The notes beneath the pieces are model-generated. The model saw only the letters and a program-made list of their open reading frames with translations, had not been told where the DNA came from and made no database searches. A program made the position numbers and the translations under genes. Shown piece by piece: positions 41,205-53,754 of a stretch of 64,000 nucleotides of DNA. The DNA comes from Lama guanicoe (taxonomy: Eukaryota), in the NCBI GenBank assembly GCA_013239625.1, contig MU056000.1, positions 8,409,214-8,473,213 of the forward strand, in the 5' to 3' direction. Within the stretch, counting starts at the first letter, position 1. Every line of letters starts with the position of its first letter.

Positions 41205-41320
41205 GAGGGGAAGAGACAGAGAGAGAGAAAGTGAGTGTATGTGTGTGTGAAAGAGAGGGAAAGAGAAGGAGAAGGGAGTGGAGGCATGGCAAGTGCCCAG
41301 GAAGGAGAAGAGAGAGAGTT
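41205..41320. repeat. GA-rich and (GT)n low-complexity tract
   Basis: agagacagagagagagaaagtgagtgtatgtgtgtgtgaaagagaggg. Confidence 0.8.
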
Positions 41321-41859
41321 GATGAGTTTCATTTGTTTCCTGAAACGGCCACATTCCTCTTCTTGGGTAACGTGAGACAAAACTATATGCTTACAAAACA
41401 AAACAAAAACCACTTCTTTTCTTAAACGTGTGTGACCTGAATTCTGTCAGAATCAAATGTCCCTACCAATATACTCATAAAATCACTATATATATAAACA
41501 AATATATGCATGTGAATAGAACTATATATATGAAATCACATATATACGTATATCTGTGGAATTAAAAGCTTTACAATATAAAAAAGAAAAGAGTCTGAAT
41601 TTCTTACCGTCTTGGAAATAACTACATTTTTCATAGAGCCACATCTTTCAGCATTACTTTTTAGAATTTGATATGAACTTTCTTAAATTTAAAAATTATC
41701 CCATTAGTGCAGGATTACAATAGAAAACAGAGAATACAGGTAAGCAACAGAATTTTAAAAACAGAGTTAAAATACTTAAATACCACCATTTAGAGAAAAC
41801 AATTATTAATATATATAGACATACATACCTGATATTTTTCATAGATACACACAGAATTC

Positions 41860-42620
41860 TATAGTTACTTTGTGATATGCAGCCTTCAATTAATATCTTC
41901 TCCTGACCGCTTTCTGTATCAGTAATCACTTTATGCAGGATCATTTTAATGACTCCATCATATCTAATTAACTGATGCATTACAATGCATCTACTCCATC
42001 TGCTGTTTTGAATATTTAAGTTGTCTCCAGGTTTCCACTAGTAAAAGAGGTTGCAACATAACCCTTTGCTTGCCTGTCCATTTTCTTAAATTCTTTAGGA
42101 TAGGATTATTGACTCAAGCCTTAGCCCATTTTAGGGCTTCAGAAACATGGAAAAGTTTCACTCCAGACAGCTTGTTTGACTTATGGGCTCAGTGGGTACA
42201 TCAGAATGCTATGCTGGGTGCAGGGATTTTTTTGTCAAGCTTGCTGATCTAAAGGACAGTTATCTCATAGTTTTAATTACTAGGGAAAATGACTATTTCC
42301 CCCGCTTGACCATTTTTATTCTCATTTTACAATTTGCACATTCATTGTCTTTATCCATTTTTCTACCATGGTGACACTGATTTTCTTACAGATTGTTCCT
42401 AATACAGGAGAGAGGTGAACCCTCTAACTAGCGTATGTATGTACTGATTTTGTTACTTAGAAATCTGAAGTTTCAATCTTGATTCAATATTTGACTCTAT
42501 TATTTCTGCCTTTGATTTTCTGGTATTCTATAAACACATCTTCTCGACTATTTCTGCAAGTTTAGTTTTAGACTTCAAATTACATTTCTATTGAATTCAT
42601 TTTGATAAGTGGTAGGGTCT
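41860..42620 (-). mobile_element. Highly diverged ancient L1 (L1ME-like)
   Basis: atatttaagttgtctccaggtttccact, ttctttaggataggatt and tatctcatagttttaatt are decayed antisense L1 motifs in the expected order. Confidence 0.55.
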
Positions 42621-45166
42621 TTCGGCTCAGGTGTTCCGGTGGTAGAATGAATAATGATAATATAAAACTTAGATTAGGAGTCCTTAACCTGGGGCCAAGA
42701 CTCCCAGGGCTTACAGGAGACTTGGAATATTTTAAATTGTCTCTGAAAAGCTGGATGCCTGTGCACTTGTGAATTTTACTAAGCAGTCTCTAAGCTTATA
42801 TAGAATTCTCAAAGACATATATGAACTCTAAGTGGTGAAGAACTTGGCATTAAAGAGTACAGTATAGATTAAACACACAGTGGTCTTTTTCTTTAGAAAG
42901 GTGGTAAAACTTGCTTAATTTCAGAAGAGCAGACATAGCCATGGTCTGATCTTTTGGCCACTAAATCCTTTGTTCCCATGAAATGCCACACAGAGCCCAA
43001 CAGATACAGCAAAGTCCTTCTGCTAAAAGCAGGAGGCAGAGAGCCTGGAAATCTGGAGCAGAATTTGAAAATACTGTATTGGAATATGGTTCAAGGGGCC
43101 AAATATGTGTTATACGAATTCATCTTCTACCTCTTCAAGTGGAAGTTCTCTAAATGACACACCATAGCTCAAATTTGTGACAGTTATAAAATCTGAAATA
43201 AATTATGTAGCAGACTAGTTAAAAGAGACGTACCCCCTACCTCAAAGAGCTGCATACAAGGTGCCCCAAGTCACCATCCTGTATCAGACCGTCTGGCGTT
43301 AATGAAAAGCTAGATTGACAGTTACCACAGAGGGAGGTTTTTGTGCTGAGCAGTGATTGCCTACCATGAGATCAGCCTCAAACACCAGCAGACGCTACTG
43401 AAAACCCGCAGCTTCCTGTCAGTAATCTGCTAGGGTTCACTTACTCCTTTGTGAGAAAGTAACAGGAAAAAATGTAACCACATGTAAATTTAAATATGTC
43501 ATTAAGCCCACGCAAATGTAATCATTTTTTCAAGCAGTAAAATTCAGGTTTTTTAAGCTTTTCTATTTGGTGCAATATTGATAATATTACTAAAAACAGT
43601 TTATTTTTATTTGATGAATAATATTTCCAATTGATTTGGAAACTATTGTGATACAGGATGAGTCACATCAAACTTAGCCTTCGCCCTAGATGCTGTTTAA
43701 GGAGAGAACTCTCATAATTTTGATTTGCTTTACAACCAGTTTCCATGTATCAGGACCTAATAAAAAAGCAAATGAAAAACATGCAAATTTATACCCAATC
43801 AATTTTCAAAGGAAATCATCATGTAGAAGCCATTAAATTCTTTTTTTAATACTAAGAGAAGGAACAATAGGGTTGATGCATAGACATTATCTTTTACATC
43901 TTGTACTTTTCTGTTCTGAACAATTTGTTAAACAAGATAAAATACTGAATGTGTCAGGCAAGAAGAGACAGTACGTTAATCTGTAGGACTGAAACTGGTT
44001 ATCAAATAATACTGAACAGAAGGAAACTCAAGTACAACTTAAAAAAGAACTGAATAAACTTTAATGTTACTGTGTCATTAATTTTTCAATAAATATACAG
44101 AATAGTTCACTGGAATACATTTCAAGCCGAAATCAATTTGCTTATTTTTTGATGGAGAACAAAACAGTGCTAGCTTTTGTCTGAAACTGATTTCTAGGCT
44201 AGCCATGTTGATTATATTATTACAGTCACTTAAATTCTCATTTGCAAAGTGGAAATAATGTATATCTATCTATCTCCATCTTGACCTAAGGAGTGTATTT
44301 TTTCAACTGTAAAATACTACTCTTTTTGTGTTACCTTACAGCCTTTTCCGCGTACAGGAGAGACAGTCCTTAACAACTAACTTCAAATGCTGGCAATTTT
44401 GCAACTACAACACTGTTCAGCTGGAAATGCGGCCAGCAGCGCCTCACTTCTTACATCCAAACACAGCCTAGTTTTCCTTCTGTCCCGCAAAATGCCCATC
44501 TTGTCTGACTTTAAAGGAGCAGTCAGAAAGGGTTTTTATCAGACAGCAAAACAAAGAGGATGAAGATGCCACGTGTGGATATTAAATCCCTCTGTTAAAA
44601 GGTGGGGAAAAGGGCAGTTTTTACCATGTTGTCTTTTCAGGGATTATTCCACCATTCTGATTTCACGTAAGAAAAGACGACAGAAATTCAGTGGGCAGTT
44701 AAAAGAGAAAAAGACATAGCCTAAAGTCTTGAAGAGCAGGCAAGAACTTGGATACTTGAGTTGGAGGAAATTGGACATAAAATTTCCTCTGCCATGTATC
44801 TGCTGTAGGACCTTGCAGAAGTCATGTAACTTACAGATATAAATCATGTAACTTACATATCAGTTTCCCCATCGTAGACTTGAGAACACTAAGTGCTAGC
44901 CTGAGACGAGCAGAGCCGAGCACAGGAAGGTTTAGGTCATCCTGCCAGGCAACATCAGTAACTACAAGTGTTCCTCCACCTCATTTTCCCCCAACTCTCT
45001 TGATATTTGACATCACTTTCTCACGGAGAATACCTCCCCATGGGGGACTTACAGCTTGCGCTACTTTACCTAATGAGCTGACGTGGATCATGTCACAAGG
45101 AGAATGTGGCCTCTTTCCTTCCTACAGGATTTCATGGAGGGCTATGGAATGTTCCTTATGGAGGGT

Positions 45167-45213
45167 TCTGCTGTTTCTCCTCTGCTGTTTCTCCTCTGCT
45201 GTTTCTCCTCTGC
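45167..45213. repeat. 14-bp tandem repeat, 3.4 copies
   Basis: (tctgctgtttctcc)x3 followed by tctgc. Confidence 0.95.
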
Positions 45214-45292
45214 AGAGGAGTCCAAGGGGCAAACCACGTGAGACACCCTGGTTTCCAGAAAGGACTAGGGACGGAGCACGTGTCTGATGCCT

Positions 45293-45740
45293 TGGTGAAC
45301 CGGCTTGAATGCTGTCCCCCATAATTTATGTCAACCGGAACCTGTGAACATGATCTTATTTGCAAACAGGGTCTTTGCAGATGTCCTCAACGTAAGATGA
45401 GGTCTTACTGGATTGGGTTGGGAGTACTTCTAAGGGGAAAATTTGGACACAGACACACAGAGAGGGAAAACAGCCACATGATGATGAAGGTGAAGACTAG
45501 GGGATGCTGCCACCAGCCAAGGAACACCAAGCCAGCAACCAACCGAAGTGAGAAGAGTCAAGGAAGAAACCTCCCCTAGAGCCTTAAAAGGGGAGCATGG
45601 CTGGCCCTTCTGACACACTGATTTAAGACTTCAGGCCTCCAGAATTGTGATAGAATAAATGTTGATTGCTTTATACCACTCAGTTATAATTTGGTATATA
45701 ATTTGGTAATTTGTTATGGTGGCCTTAGGAAACAAGTCCA
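45293..45740 (+). mobile_element. ERVL-MaLR solo LTR (MLT1B/C-like)
   Basis: ggaacctgtgaacatgatcttatttgcaaacagggtctttgcagatgt...ggcctccagaattgtgatagaataaat...ttgttatggtggccttaggaaac. Confidence 0.85.
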
Positions 45741-46029
45741 CCCGGGGAGGGGAAAGGTGCCCAAATCCTGGTTTAGCTGTGGTCATGAGAATGCAGGGCC
45801 AAACGTCCACCTCATCAGCCAGCGAGCAAGATGAAGGATGCTGAAAACACTGGGACTTGAAATTGTCAGCTCCCAATCCACCAACAATGCTTTCTAAAGA
45901 ATGTCTTGATATAATTTATCTCCTAATCATAAGCCTCTGCTGAGCATGCAAACCTGTCTGTATGGACAGGGATGGGGAAAAGCAATAGATGTAATATATG
46001 AGACTCTAAAAGAACCACCATTATTTAAA

Positions 46030-46200
46030 TATATACTATATGATAGGCTTAATACGTATGTTCTTTTTATCCACAGAATCAGAAATGCAATACTGAAAAT
46101 CTCAAGTATTTCATAGACGGGAAAACTGAGACTTAGAAAGATTAGTTAACATATTCCACCTCACCAACAGTGGATGAGTGACTGATCTGGGATTTCCACA
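46030..46200 (-). mobile_element. MIR SINE
   Basis: tttcatagacgggaaaactgagacttagaaagattagttaac (antisense MIR core). Confidence 0.65.
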
Positions 46201-47311
46201 CAAAATATATCTGATTGTAGCTGTTACATGATGCTTTATCCTAGCGTATTCCCAAATTAATCATGCAGCAAGTAAAACTTGCAAGTTCCTTAAAAAAATA
46301 AAAGATACATTCTTGAATACTAAAGGATAGAAATATTTTACTTTTAAACGTTTTGTGGTTACAAGTCCTTAATAATAATGATCAAAATAGCTGAATACCT
46401 GAGAACTAGGAAGCATCCTGTAATAAAAAATTAGGTAAGTTATATACTAGTGGCTATTGGTGCTTGCAATAAAAACAGTATTTTAAATCCAGATTTTTAA
46501 AAAGGACAATCTAGGGGATAATTATTTGTTAAAAAAGCATTCACCTTCATTAAGTGAGTCTCAACAAATATGTAACATTCATGACATGTATGGGTGGGGT
46601 AAAATTTTTGCTATTTCCAAAAAAATTGTATAAACACATTTCAATTGTATTCACTGTATAAGCTCACTTTCAATTACCTTGTTTTAATACACTCAATGAA
46701 TTGTTTAAATAAATTATCATAATTGACCTTCACTTGAGCAAAATGTCAAGAAACATCGCTTGGCACATGAGTTTGCCTCCCAGCTACAAATGAATCACCT
46801 TTCTCTTCAATAAGCAGGGTCTTTGTACACAATTGCTCTAACAATAGCCATCCATCATTAGTCCAAAGATGGCATTCTGCCTGTAACTAGACAATCAGTT
46901 CATCGACTATTGATTACAAAACACTCCTTCAGTCAGGTTTACCTTGACATTTCATATGTCAACGTTCAATACACTGAATGTGTTAGACGCAAAGTTTATA
47001 TTCGTTTTTTCCCATTCAGTATGCTTAACTCCAGTGAATGAGGTTGACTTGGTTCTTGTTTCCAGCCCTAGATCAAGTTCTGAGCCCAGGAACATAGAGT
47101 TGGCTGATTGGCCAAGCACAGGTCAGAGCCTCACTTGTGAATCTCAGACAGAGGCCACCATAAAAACTAGGAAGAGTGAACTTCTCTAGTAAGTATTAGG
47201 GACTGTGCCCAAAGTAGGGAACTGGATGCTGGATTGGAATAAAAAAACAAAAACAAAAAAACACCAAGAATCTTCCATATCAAAGTTATCCTACATCCAA
47301 CATTTTTATTT

Positions 47312-47477
47312 TTAGTTCTCAACCATCGGTCATTCAGAATTCACCTGAAAAACTTAGTAAAAAATACAAAAGCCCAGGCCCCGACTCTTTCAGTAACCCT
47401 CAGCCACCGTGGTTCCTTTATTAGCTCTCCCAGGTGGGGATTCTGATACACCTGAGTATTTGAGAAGCACTGATCTA
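47312..47477. mobile_element. MER5-like hAT-Charlie element
   Basis: agttctcaacc...cagaattcacctg...aaaatacaaaagcccaggcccc...ctcccaggtggggattctgat...tttgagaagcactg. Confidence 0.75.
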
Positions 47478-47679
47478 AGGCACAAGCTTGCAGGTTGCAG
47501 CAGCAGGTATTTGGTTCTAAGTCAGTCCCAGGATAAAACAATTTCAGAGCCCAAAGATAATGCATTTACTGCCTGCCAGTCCTTGCACTATTGGTATCAA
47601 CCACCTGTCACTGATACTTTACATTTTTGAACCCAAATCTGCAGGCCAAAGGATGTGAATGGTCAGTGAGTCCTCCAGG

Positions 47680-48218
47680 GGACTCTCAGCCCGGGGATCA
47701 AGGTCAGCATCAATGGAGATGTCATGTTGACAGGAGGTAACCTCAACAGGACGTGATGGGAATGAGTACTTTATTCCTGTGGTCTTCCTTCCAAACCCCA
47801 TGCCCCCGGTCTATCATGAGAAAAACATCAGATAAGTCCCAGCAGAGGGATGTTCTAAAAAACACCTGACCAAGACTCCTGAAAACTGTCCAGATCCTCA
47901 AAAATAAGGAAAGTCGTAAAAACGGCCCAGCTAAGAGCCTAAGGGGACGTGACTATGAAACATTAACATGGAATCCTGGATGGGACCCTGGAACAGGAAG
48001 ACATTAGGAAAAATCAGAAGAAATCTGAATAAACTATGGACTTAAGTCAGTAATAACGTATTAATATTGGTTCACTCATAGTGACAAACATAATATAAGA
48101 ATGTACAACATTAATAATAGGAAAAATTGGGTGTGAAGCATACAGAAACTCTCTCTATATCTTCACAAGAGTTCTATAAATCTAAAAGTGTTCTCAAATA
48201 AGAACGTTTACTTTAAAA
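47680..48218 (+). mobile_element. Old L1 3' UTR (L1MC/L1MD-like)
   Basis: gatcaaggtcagcatcaa, atcatgagaaaaacatcagataagtccc, atcctggatgggaccctggaacagga, gaaatctgaataaactatggactt, tctataaatctaaaagtgttct. Confidence 0.85.
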
Positions 48219-49902
48219 AATGCCCCAAAAATCAGTTACTATAAAAAAAATACAGAAATAGATGCATCTCTTAATTTTTTTAGCCTAGAATGTAATATAC
48301 ACTTTATCTCCCATCTTTGTATGGAAGAACAGGCCATTCTGGGGTCTGGGTCTCAGATCCAAAAGCCACGTCATCCTCAGCCATGATACATGATGCATGG
48401 TGCGTCCTCTACAAGCGTAAATTTCAGTTAGCTGCAAATGCAGGGGGGTGATTAAAAAACAAAACTGTGAAACAGATTGAGTGCAGACCAATTTTGAATT
48501 TTTTTGATTTTTTTAACCATATCTTTTACCGGTTTCTCACACTCCTTAAAACAACAGTCATCCTTTCATTCTCACCTTCCAGCATTCGTCTTGCTTCCAT
48601 TGAAGCAGCAGCGTTCACTCCGCCCTTCCACTCCATTGGTTTACATGCTATTTAGCTAAATTACCAATTTATGGACACAAGGGACACAAACAAGCCCTGG
48701 GGTGGGGGGGGAATTGTAGGCTGCCCTGTACAGAAAGGCCCCAAAAAGCTGCTGACACCAGTCTGTATATACCATGGGTTGTAACACAGTTGCGATATGG
48801 CTTGTAACATTGGTAATGAGTCGGTGGACCCAGTAAATCACTTAGATGGAGATCAACTGTTATCACAGCTTTTTCTGGACTTAAAATATCTACCTCAGTT
48901 ATATGAGAATTTGTCAGTTGTTGATGTATAAATATCAAATGGTTTTATTCCAGTCACTTCTACCTGCTGTGATTTGTCAATCTGCCCTTTCCTGTGGGGT
49001 GGCTGCTTTCCTTCAAGATAGCTCAGTCCAATTTATCAAATTTTCATTGACCTGGTTATTAAAACAGCCTTGTTTCAGTTCATAGGACTTAACGCTTGTC
49101 GATTCTAAGACTCTAACATCATTCTCAAGTCAATCGTCTGTTTTCTAGTGGACAGAGGGGAGAGGCGACCCCTTGCAATCTATCTCTTCTCTCTTCCTTG
49201 TCTAGGATTTGCGAAAGGACAAGAGGAGGATTAAAAAAGGGGACCTTCCTGTGACTGTCCCTGTTGAGTGTGACATCTTTCTGGAAGGGGACCCACTCGT
49301 CTAGCCCCTGGAAACACGAAGTTCTCCTATCAAGTCACATGCCTGGGAGCACCACACCACTGTGTCCCCTGGGAAGCCGAGAGCTCCCATCTCATCTGCC
49401 TTCTGCAGCCCAATTCTGAGCCCCCATGCACGGGTTGGGCCCACCCTTCACACCTCTCAGAAATCAAAATTCAGTGCAATGCCAGTCACCCACCACAACA
49501 CTTCTCCACCGTCAACTTCAGCAAGCCCGGGGGAGGAGCTGCCATGGCGATGTCATCCTCCACTCGTGTTGGCATCCCCCACCTCTGCCAGTGGCCGTCA
49601 TGACCCCAGGAAGGGACCACCCTCCAGTCTCCCCTCTGCCTCCCCTCCACCTGGAGAAGACAGGATGGGGCTCTCTGCTCACCCTGCATGGCCCCCCAAG
49701 GCCACCACAAGCCCTCCCTCTGCCGTCCCAACGGGGGAGAGCCGAGGCTTTGGGGACTATCCTGTGACAGGGCACCTCTCGTCACCCCTGCATGAGAGCC
49801 CATGGCTGGAAAAACTCTGAAGGCAAAAAGTGACCAAATCCCTGGACCCCCATCCCAAGTTCAGAGAAGAGAAGATCCCACCTAGCACGTCCACCCCAGT
49901 TA

Positions 49903-50028
49903 CACAGATAGATGATCTCTCACTGCGTCCTACAAGGAGAGGGACCAGGAGGTGGCCAGGGGCTGCACAGACAGATGATCTCTCACTGCGTCCTACAAGG
50001 AGAGGGACCAGGAGGTGGCCAGGGGCTG
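49903..50028. repeat. 63-bp tandem duplication, 2 copies, 62/63 identical
   Basis: cacagaYagatgatctctcactgcgtcctacaaggagagggaccaggaggtggccaggggctg at 49903-49965 and 49966-50028. Confidence 0.97.
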
Positions 50029-50078
50029 GCGGGGGCTTTTCAGTGGTGCAATGAAGGGGCCACAGAAAGCTGAAGTTG

Positions 50079-50178
50079 GGAGTGGGGGTATATCCGGCAG
50101 TAGAGCGTGTGCGTAGCATTCACAAGGTCCTGGGTTCAATCCCCAGTATCTCTATTTAAACAAAGGGAAGAAAATAGA
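50079..50178 (+). mobile_element. tRNA-derived SINE, Vic-1-like (camelid)
   Basis: gggggtatatccggcagtagagcgtgtgcgtagcattcacaaggtcctgggttcaatccccagtatctc, with B box GGTTCAATCC at 50133-50142 and an A-rich tail. TSD acagaaagctgaagttg (50062-50078) versus acagaaagctggagatg (50179-50195), 15/17 identical. Confidence 0.85.
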
Positions 50179-50908
50179 ACAGAAAGCTGGAGATGCTTAA
50201 AACAGGCGGTACTTTCCTTCCCTACCACTTCCCCAAGGCCAGCCCTGCGAGAAGACAGGGCAGGGACATCACCGGGGATCCAAGGAGCCCACCCCCTGTT
50301 GGCCAGTCATTTCCACACTGAGTGGAGGACAAGGAACGGAAAATCGCTGAGGCCATGGATTTCTACAAGGATTTCTTTAACCAATTAAGGGCTCTCTATT
50401 TCCCTCAGATTTAAAAGTGATAACCTCCTTAACCTTTGTTCCAAGCAGATGACTTTATTCCCTTTTTATAGGCACTGCTTTATCTAAATACACTGGTAAT
50501 AAACTGTTTTCAAGACAGGTATGGAAAAGGAACTATGTTAACATACAATTACCATGGCGGTCCCTGAGTGTTCTACAAATACTCTCTCTGGTCACCTTCC
50601 TGGCAAGCTGATAAGGTACAGAACACAAATTCCATTTCCAGAGGAGGGAATTAAGTACAACCTAGCTTGAGGTCCACCCAGCTGAGTAAAAAAAAGCCCT
50701 TGCCTTTCCAACTCCAAGCTGCCCGTTCCCACTGCGTCATTCTAATTCATAAGTTCCCTACTGTGATCACCTGCCAAGGACTGAGTGTTTAACGGAGCCA
50801 CAACCAAGCATTAAGGATTCTGAGGAAAGCAGAGAAATAAACGCTACCTGGCCCTGCCCTCTGGGAGCCTCTAATCAAAGGCTGAGGGTCTCTTTCCTTC
50901 AAGGTCTT

Positions 50909-50910
<2 letters not shown>

Positions 50911-50945
<35 letters not shown>

Positions 50946-50967
50946 CTTTTTTACTTTTTTTTTTTTT
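50911..50967. repeat. Long poly(T) tract (pure T35 at 50911-50945 plus an interrupted extension)
   Basis: Directly visible homopolymer. Confidence 0.95.
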
Positions 50968-51310
50968 AATAATGCAGAGAATATTCAATAAAGCTGCAGG
51001 GTGCCTTCTGAACACAACCTACGTTAAGACAGGTTTTGAAATGAAGGGTAATGGACAAGAGCAAGCATCTGCTTTTCTCTGAAACATACTTAACACTTTC
51101 CACAATAGATCATTTACATGGGCTGATTTATCATTTGTGCAAAAAAAAAAATTATTCACAGTCTCTTTTCCTCTGAGTTTCACCACGGGGAGTGACACTC
51201 ACAGTGCACCCCAAAGATGACATCTGATCACATGGCCGTGTATTTGGTAGCCACTGTCTCTCTGATTTCTAAACACCGATTGTTCAGATGTACCACCTTT
51301 AAATTACTGC

Positions 51311-51482
51311 TACAGTGGTTCTTAGACTTGTCTGTACTTTGGGATCATCTGGATTTAAATATATATATACTGATACCTGGGTCCCTGTGTCCAAGAGATT
51401 CTGATGGGATTGGGCTGGAATGTGGACTGGATTTGGAGAGGAAACTTTAAAAATGCGTAGCAGTGTTTGAAAACTACTGTGC
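51311..51482. mobile_element. MER5-like hAT-Charlie element
   Basis: cagtggttcttagactt...gatacctgggtcc...ccaagagattctgatgggattgggctggaatgtgg...tttgaaaactactg. Confidence 0.65.
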
Positions 51483-53173
51483 TACTAAGTGTTAAATATG
51501 AAAAAAATGTCTTTTGTAAACTTACCGTATTTAGAATTTTCTTTTTAAGGAATCAGATTGAAGACTAACCCCAAGTCATCCACTGACAAGGCAACAGGAT
51601 GACTAAAGTAGACCCATTATCTAGACTCTTTACTCAGTCATATCTGGGGGCCACATGGAGGCATTAAAAACAAGCCTATATAAATGTAAGTTTTCCATAT
51701 ATTTCATCCTTTGTTATCTACTGCTGGAATAGTTTAATCATGGTTGCATAACATTACCAAAAATATACTTCAAGAAGCATGCCAAAAAGAATCATTTGCT
51801 TGCGCCTAACTTAACCTTTTTCCTTCTTTTTTTTTTTTAACCTTTTCATTTTTGAACCACTTAGGTTTACCATGAAATGTACAAGATTTTTCACATATTT
51901 AGTATTTCTTTATGATATTGGGATTTTATTTCTCTTCTACATGTTGATCATTCGTATGATTATAAACCAGTTCCCCAACACCTATGATGTTACCATTTTA
52001 GGCAGCTGAGTAAATTGCACTCATGTTTAGTGCTCAGGTTTAGAACCAAGGAAGAGACTAATGCAAGATTCAGGCAAATGGACAGAGAAAATTCACCTGC
52101 AGTGCTGGTGGACTTTGGTGACTGTGGCCTATAGCTGCGAGTCAGAGGGAATCCTAACACTAAAGCATCTGCAGAGTCAGACCGACGAGGCTGCCTATGG
52201 CCAACCTGCTCACTTATGAAGCACAGCAATGGAGGGGCAGATTCCCAAGAGAAGAGAGAGGGTGGGGTGGGGTCACACATGCCTGGCTCCCAGGCTCCCC
52301 GGTCACCCACGGGGATTGCTGAGAGAAGGCAGGATGATTTCTCTAGTTGCTGTGCCTCCAAGTGGCAAGAGAAATCTGGGCAACAGAAGTTTCTCCCCTC
52401 TTGCATTATATGGAATTACTAGTGGACACTTAGACCCAGTCATGACGTCTACAACTGTCAAATAGGTGCTACCCTTTCATCCCATTTGCCACCTACAATT
52501 ACATCACCTGCTCTAGTTCTAGAAAACACACTACCCTGCCCTGCTGCTCAGGGGATTCCTAGCTTCCTTCCCAGGGCCACCAGGGGGAATGAAGGCCATG
52601 GTCACCTGCTCCATAGTCCCACTCCCCAGAATTTCCTGGGTGACGGCTCTCCGTGTTGCCCTGGGGTAAGAACCCTCAGCAGAGAAGCTAGGAGAGTCAG
52701 GGAGGAGACCGTGAACCCACCTACACAGCAGGGCGTCACAGCCACGTTCAGCAGCCGGACTACACACCACACCCACAAAGCTGCAGCTGCAAAACAGAGC
52801 GAAATGAAAACAGCAACAGTTTACAAAAATCACTAAAGAGTAAGCAGACTTTCTGCTGGGATCAGGGGACAAACACGGAGCTGATACAGTAAAATTCATC
52901 GGTGTCTTGTTGAAAATGACACAACCTATGGCAAAGTGACAACAATAGTTGACACTAGGAAATGTAAAGGGCATGGAACAAATGTTCCGGGAAGTCAAAT
53001 GGACAGTGGGAAATAAAAGAGAAATTTTAAATGTGTCACATTAAAAATTCTTGTGAAACCAACTTGATTTTAAATGCTGAAGAAATGATAAGAATACAGG
53101 TTCTGCCATAAACCAGTAACTCCAAGAATGTCACTGGTAACTGAATTGGGGAGGTGTTTCTTGGGAAGGGGGA

Positions 53174-53754
53174 TGTGGTAGGGAGAACTCTAAAACGACC
53201 CCTAATACCCCAGACCTTGTGTTACACCCTCCTTTTCAATGTGGGCAAGACTTGTAAATATGGTATGAATATCACTCCAGTGGTTAGGCTACATTACATG
53301 ACAAAAACCAAGGGATCTTTTTTTTTTTCATGTAGAATTAAGGTTGCTAATCCACTGACCTCCAATCAAAAGAGAAAGTATCCTGGTGGGCCTGACCTCA
53401 TCAGGCGAGCTCTTTAAAAGCAGGTCTAGAGATGAGAAACTAGAGACAGTAGACCACCTTTCTCTGTTCCTGGCTATGGAGAAGCAAGCCTCGTGAATTC
53501 TACAACCAAAAAGAAATGACTTCTGCAAGCAATACGAAAGACTTGGAAATGGCTCATTCCCTAGTGAAGCCTGCAGATGAGACAGCAGCCCAGCTAGAGC
53601 CTTGATTTCAGCCTGGTGACATCATGCTGAGCTGAGGACCAGTTAAGCCACACCTGGACCTCTGACCTACAGACGTTACATGAGACAAGGGATGGTGCTG
53701 TTCTAAGCCACTAACTTTGTGGTAATTTGCTATGCAGTAATAGACAACTAATCA
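53174..53754 (+). mobile_element. ERVL-MaLR solo LTR (MLT1E-like)
   Basis: Starts tgtggtagggagaactctaaaacgacccc and ends taagccactaactttgtggtaatttgctatgcagtaatagacaactaatca. Confidence 0.85.

Noticed and set aside
44822..44857. tcatgtaacttaca repeated at a 22-bp period
   Set aside because: An ordinary small slippage duplication with no further structure.
48365..48375. UPRE/XBP1-type motif GCCACGTCATC
   Set aside because: A single isolated motif with no supporting context.
49362..50119. Cluster of overlapping 100-150 aa ORFs, some with a repeated 21-aa motif
   Set aside because: Locally GC-rich DNA has few stop codons, and the peptide repeat simply reflects the 63-bp DNA duplication.
50079..50155. 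tRNA-Ala-like gene
   Set aside because: The A box and D arm are degraded, and the A-rich tail and TSDs identify it as a SINE copy.
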